Shown here: one piece after another, positions 59,979 to 64,000 of the stretch
Layout: each line of letters opens with the position of its first letter
Numbering within the stretch: position 1 is the first letter of the stretch
Source of the DNA: an uncultured Gaiellaceae bacterium
Lineage (GTDB): Bacteria > Actinomycetota > Thermoleophilia > Gaiellales > Gaiellaceae
Direction of reading: 5' to 3'
Length of the DNA stretch: 64,000 nucleotides
Assembly (NCBI GenBank): GCA_963745775.1
Contig: CAVUYY010000012.1
Location: 13,920-77,919, forward strand
Made by a program: the position numbers and the translations under genes
The notes under the pieces: generated by a model
Databases searched by the model: none
The model's input: the letters and a program-made list of their open reading frames with translations, nothing else
Told to the model about the DNA's origin: nothing

Positions 59979-60418
59979 GCCTCATCGCCGAGATCGAAGC
60001 GCAGCTCAAGGATGCGATGCGCGAGCGCGACGACGCGCGCCGCGACGCGCTGCGGCTGATCCTCTCGAGCCTGCGCGGCGCGGAGAAGGAGCTGCAGCGA
60101 GGGCTCTCGGAGGACGAGGAGCTCCAGGTGCTGCAGCGCGAGCGCAAGAAGCGGGTCGAGGCCGCCGAGGCGTTCCGGAGCGGCGACCGCGCGGAGCAGG
60201 CCGAAAAGGAGGAGGCGGAGCTCGAGGTGCTCGAGGAGTTCATGCCCGAGCCGCTCTCCGAGGAGGAGATCGAGGAGATCGTGGACGACGTGATCGCCGA
60301 GGTCGGCGCCACGAGCATGCGCGACATCGGCCGTGTGATGGCCGACGTGATGCCGCAGATCGCGGGCAGAGCGGACGGCTCGGCCGTGAGCCAGCTCGTC
60401 CGCGAAAAGCTCGCCTAG
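59975..60418 (+). CDS. GatB/YqeY-domain protein
   Basis: 147 aa. IEAQLKDAMRERDDARRDALRLILSSL ... MRDIGRVMADVMPQIAGRADGSAVSQLVREKL. The ATG overlaps the HIT stop (ATGA). Confidence 0.85.
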   Translation: MSLIAEIEAQLKDAMRERDDARRDALRLILSSLRGAEKELQRGLSEDEELQVLQRERKKRVEAAEAFRSGDRAEQAEKEEAELEVLEEFMPEPLSEEEIEEIVDDVIAEVGATSMRDIGRVMADVMPQIAGRADGSAVSQLVREKLA

Positions 60419-60420
60419 CT

Positions 60421-63400
60421 CTAGTCCGGCGCGTCGACGAAGAGGTCGAAGTCTCCGGCCAGAACGCGGTCGATCCGGCCGGTGCGCATCCCCGTCGTGT
60501 TGCGGACGAGCGGCGAGGGCTCGTGGCGGTAACGCCGGACGATTCCCGGCTCGGGCCGATCCGGTGGCGGCGCGTTCTTGCCGTCGCCCGCCGGCGCCAC
60601 GTCGACGAGCACGGTGACGCGGTCGAACGAACGGTTCTCCTCGTGCGGGAGCTCGAGCACGTGCAGGCCGATCTCTTGCTTCAGCAGCGTGTAGGCGCCA
60701 AGCCCGGAGACGTCGAGGACGACGACGCCGTCGCCGCCGTTTCTGCGAATCCGCATCCCACGGCCGTCGGCCCAGCCGACGTACATCGTCGCGAGCTCTT
60801 GCACGAACCGATCGCAGGCGGCCGCATCCTCGGACTTGCCCGCCCGGACCGTGAGCGTCGCGTCGCTCGCCTCGCGCGCATCGAGACCTGCGAGCGCGGC
60901 CGTGAGCACGTGCAGGCGCGTCGCGAGCAGGCGGAGCAGCTCGGTCGAATGGGCCTCGCGCGCGGAGGAGAGGCGCGCACCAAGCCGTTCTGCCGTCGCC
61001 GTCGCGGCCCCCAGGCGATCGAGGTACTCGATCAGGCTCAGCACGTTCTGTCGATCCTCGGACTGCCAGAAGGCCGGCTCGCGCGCCTCCGCCAGCGCGT
61101 CCTCCTTGGCGTCGTCCCATGAGCGTACGCGCTCGCCGAGCGAGGCGAGCGCGCTCAGGAGGAAGGTCCCCTCGGCCTCCGTTCCGTCCGGCTCGAGCGC
61201 GACCCGTGCGACCGTGAGACCGCCCGGGTCGACCGGCTCCTCCGCCGCCGTGGCCGACTCCGGCTCGCCCGCATTCGGGTCGACGAAGGCGACGTCCAGT
61301 CCGGTCCCGTCGCGCGCGGTGATGAAGAGGAACTGATCGCCTTCCGGGAACTGCCGCTCGACGATCGCGGTCGCGATCCGTGTCAGCAGGTACCGCTCGA
61401 CGGCACGCTTGAGCGGGCGTGCGCCGAGCTCGGCGCTGAAGCCCTGCTCGATCAGGAAGTCGATCGCGGCCTCGTCCCACTCGACCGCCCACGGGTGCAT
61501 CCGGAAGCCGCGGCGTTCGAGCACGTCGTTGAGCTCCTTCTCGAGCAGTCCGCGCATGATCTCGCGGCCGAGTGGGCGGAAGACGACGACGCGGTCGAGG
61601 CGGTTCAGGAACTCCGGCCGGAACGACTGCTCGACCGACTTCGTCACCGTCGCGGGGTCGAACTCCCCCGAGCGTCCGGTGAACCCGACGCCGGGACCGC
61701 GTGGGATTGCGGAGCCCAGGTTGGAGGTCAGGATGATCACGCAGTGGCGCAGGTCGACCGTGCGCCCGTTGCGGTCGGTCAGGCGCCCGTCGTCGAACAC
61801 CTGCAGGAAGACGTCCCACACGTTCTGGTGTGCCTTCTCGAACTCGTCGAGCAGGAGCACCGTGAACGGCTGCTTGCGCACCGAGGAGATCAGCGGAGCG
61901 GCAGACTCACCCTCGGCGGAGTCGCCGAGCAGGCGCTCCAGGCTCTCAGGGGTCTGGAACTCGCTCATGTCCAGCCGGACGAGCCGGTCCGGAGAGCCGA
62001 AGAGGAACTCGCTGAAGGCCTTTGCGATCTCGGTCTTGCCCGTGCCGGTAGGCCCGACGAAGAGGAAGACCCCGAGCGGCCGGGTCGGGTCGGTCAGCCC
62101 GGCCTTCACCAGCGCGACTCGGTCGACGAGGCACTCGACCGCCTCCGGCTGGCCGAGCACGCGGCTCTCGAAGAACGCTCGCACGTCGTCCAGGCTGAGG
62201 GGCGAGCGTGGATCGAGCACGTGCAGCGGCAGGCCCGTCGCGGCGCTCAGCGTCGCGATCACGCTCTCGGTCGTCACCTCCGTCGCGAGCCCGCGCGTGA
62301 CGCGGTCGAGAACGAGCTCGAGCAGGCGAAGGAGGTTCCCCGGCGCGGCCGTCCCGGGGAGGTAGTGGTTCGCCAGGTCGAGCGACTCGGCCAGCGTGTG
62401 CTCGTCGACGTCGACGCCGTAGTCGCGCGACCAGCCGCGCGCGACCTCGAGTGCGTCCTCGTCCGTCATCGGCGCCAGGCGGATCACCTCGAAGATCCGC
62501 GTCACGCGCGGCCGGCTCTGGGCCAGCAGCTCGTAGGCAGTGGGATCGATCTCGCCGATGACGGCGATGTCGTGGGCCTCGATCGCCGGGAGCATCGCGT
62601 CGAGGAGCCCGTGCGGGCTGCGTGAGTGCTGACCTGCGTAGAGCGCCTCCTCGAAGCTCGGGAAGAGCCAGACGATCGAGCGCCGGCTCATCCGCCCGAC
62701 GATCTCCTGGACGCGTCCCTCGAGCTCGCCGATGTAGATCTGACCGGCATTCACCTCGGACGCGCTCGCCTGGAACGCGATCCACGGCTGCTCCAGGCGG
62801 CGTAGCGCCTCGACGACCAGGGTCGTCTTGCCGACGCCCTGCTCGCCGACGAGGAGCACGGAGCGTGGGCTGCGCGGCGAGAGCGCCGCTGCGACCGCGT
62901 CGACCGCCGCGACGCGCGAGCCTACGAGCGTGGCCTGGGGGTGGTCGTCGACCTTGACGAGCCGCCCGAGATCGCGGAAGAAGCCGGTGTCGATCGACTG
63001 CTCCCGCCACTGATCGAGGGCGGGCGAGAGGAGGGTCCGCGTCGCCGGGGTGGCAGCCTCGAGCAGCTCGCCTACGAGCGGCTGCAGGCCGACGTCGAGC
63101 GTCGCGAGGTCGGCGGCCTTCAGGCGCTCGCCCTGCGCGACGCGCGCGTCGAGGAACGGCGAGACTGCCTTGGCGAGCGGGCTGCCGCTCCAGTCCTCCT
63201 CGGCCGCCTCGAGCACGGCCAGGATGCGACTTGTTCGGCACGACCGCGAACGCGCGTAGCAGCAGCACGCGCTCGCCCCAGTCCGCGCGCGCGAACCGCT
63301 TCTTCGCCCGGTCGGCCCAATCAGCAGGCGGCGTGCGCCCGGCTGCGATCGCCCCGAGCGTGCCCGCGCGGAGGAACTTCGAGGCGTCCCGGGCCGCGAC

Positions 63401-63568
63401 GGAGAACGCATCGTGGTTGACGCGGCCGGGGTTGCACAGCAGCACGACGAGGCGTCCGAACAGCTCGTCGTCTTCGAGCTCGTCGGCGTCGAGCCAGTCG
63501 TGGTTCTCGGCCAACTGCTTCGCCAGGGCCTTGGCCTCGGCCAGGCCGTCCGCTTCGTGCCGTGCCAT
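60421..63568 (-). pseudogene. ClpB-like double-AAA+ ATPase with C-terminal GGQ-less release-factor-like domain (one frame change near the N-terminus)
   Basis: The N-terminal 114 codons come from ORF 61946..63568 (MARHEADGLAEAK...AFAVVPNKS). After a switch near 63224-63229 the gene continues in ORF 60421..63411 (RILAVLEAAEEDW...). Motifs: GEQGVGKTT; GPTGTGKTE / LLLDEFEKAH / RPEFLNRLD. The C-terminal RF-like blocks are described in the findings. Confidence 0.75.
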
Positions 63569-63648
63569 CCCTCGTCTTGTACTCGAAACGCGTGGCCGTC
63601 GCGAGCGTGCGAGCCGTCGACCGCGCCGACCTGCCTACACTGAGCCGG

Positions 63649-64000
63649 GTGCAGGAAGTTCTATCCGTCCCGAACGAGGTCGCAGCGGAGCTCGCCGGCG
63701 TCGGTGACGGCGTGCTCGATGCTCTGCGCGGGCGGCTTCATTGCACTCTGCGCCTACGCGGGAACCAGCTCACGATCGAGGGCGGCGACGAGCAGGTCGC
63801 GGCGGCGCGCGCCGTCGTGGACGAGCTCGTCGAGCTGGTCGAGGGCGGCCATGAGATCGGGCCGGACACGGTCGGCGCGGTCGTAGCGGCTCTCGACCAG
63901 ACCGAGGACATCCGGCAGGTCTTCGACGACGTCGTCTGGCGCCACCGGGGCAAGAAGATCGCGCCGAAGACGGTCACGCAGAAGCGCTACGTCGACTCGA
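63649..64000 (+). CDS. phoH: PhoH-family ATPase, 5' part (runs off the window)
   Basis: The open frame from GTG 63649 reads VQEVLSVPNEVAAELAGVGDGVLDALR...LRGNQLTIEGGDEQVAAARAVVDELV...GKKIAPKTVTQKRYVD, which is the typical PhoH N-terminal region. The frame is not in the ORF track because no stop is reached. Confidence 0.8.
   Translation, partial: MQEVLSVPNEVAAELAGVGDGVLDALRGRLHCTLRLRGNQLTIEGGDEQVAAARAVVDELVELVEGGHEIGPDTVGAVVAALDQTEDIRQVFDDVVWRHRGKKIAPKTVTQKRYVDS

Overview
Very GC-rich, actinobacterial-type chromosome segment. Supporting evidence: the F420 genes fbiC and an LLM oxidoreductase, mycobacterial-style paired fadE genes, and the actinobacterial synteny comEA-comEC-holA / rpsT / murJ-lepA-hemW-hrcA-dnaJ-prmA ... 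phoH. A Thermoleophilia/Rubrobacteria-like lineage is only a guess. I call 58 protein genes and found no rRNA, tRNA, CRISPR array, transposase or integrase.

Layout:
- 1-28.8 kb: mostly acyl-CoA/lipid catabolism. It holds four acyl-CoA dehydrogenases, a thiolase, an enoyl-CoA hydratase, a hydroxyacyl-CoA dehydrogenase, an acyl-CoA ligase and a CoA-transferase. Interspersed are an ECF sigma/anti-sigma pair, a NadR-like gene and an orphan solute-binding protein.
- 28.8-43.6 kb: a 1051-aa cyclase-STAND-TPR protein, a desaturase operon, a liv-type ABC transporter, fbiC and a secreted PD40/Ig-like/RTX protein.
- 43.9-64 kb: housekeeping genes.

Most interesting observations:
1. A ClpB-like double-AAA+ ATPase whose C-terminus looks like a class-I peptide release factor lacking the GGQ domain (60421-63568).
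2. A deiodinase-like thioredoxin-fold gene with an in-frame TGA exactly at the active-site Cys/Sec position, followed by a SECIS-like hairpin (32079-32696).
3. Three intergenic arrays of four GnnAC pentamers at exact 11-bp phasing (about 43755, 47726 and 55408).
4. A Leu-codon mini-ORF plus the only canonical T-tract terminator I noticed in the window, directly upstream of leuS.
5. At least 17 frame changes in 11 otherwise recognisable genes. They are clustered, with hemW showing 4 and a small membrane protein 3. This points to assembly or consensus errors, or less likely to real decay.

CDS starts were derived by counting codons within the supplied ORF track. Product calls rest on motifs I recognise by eye, not on database searches.
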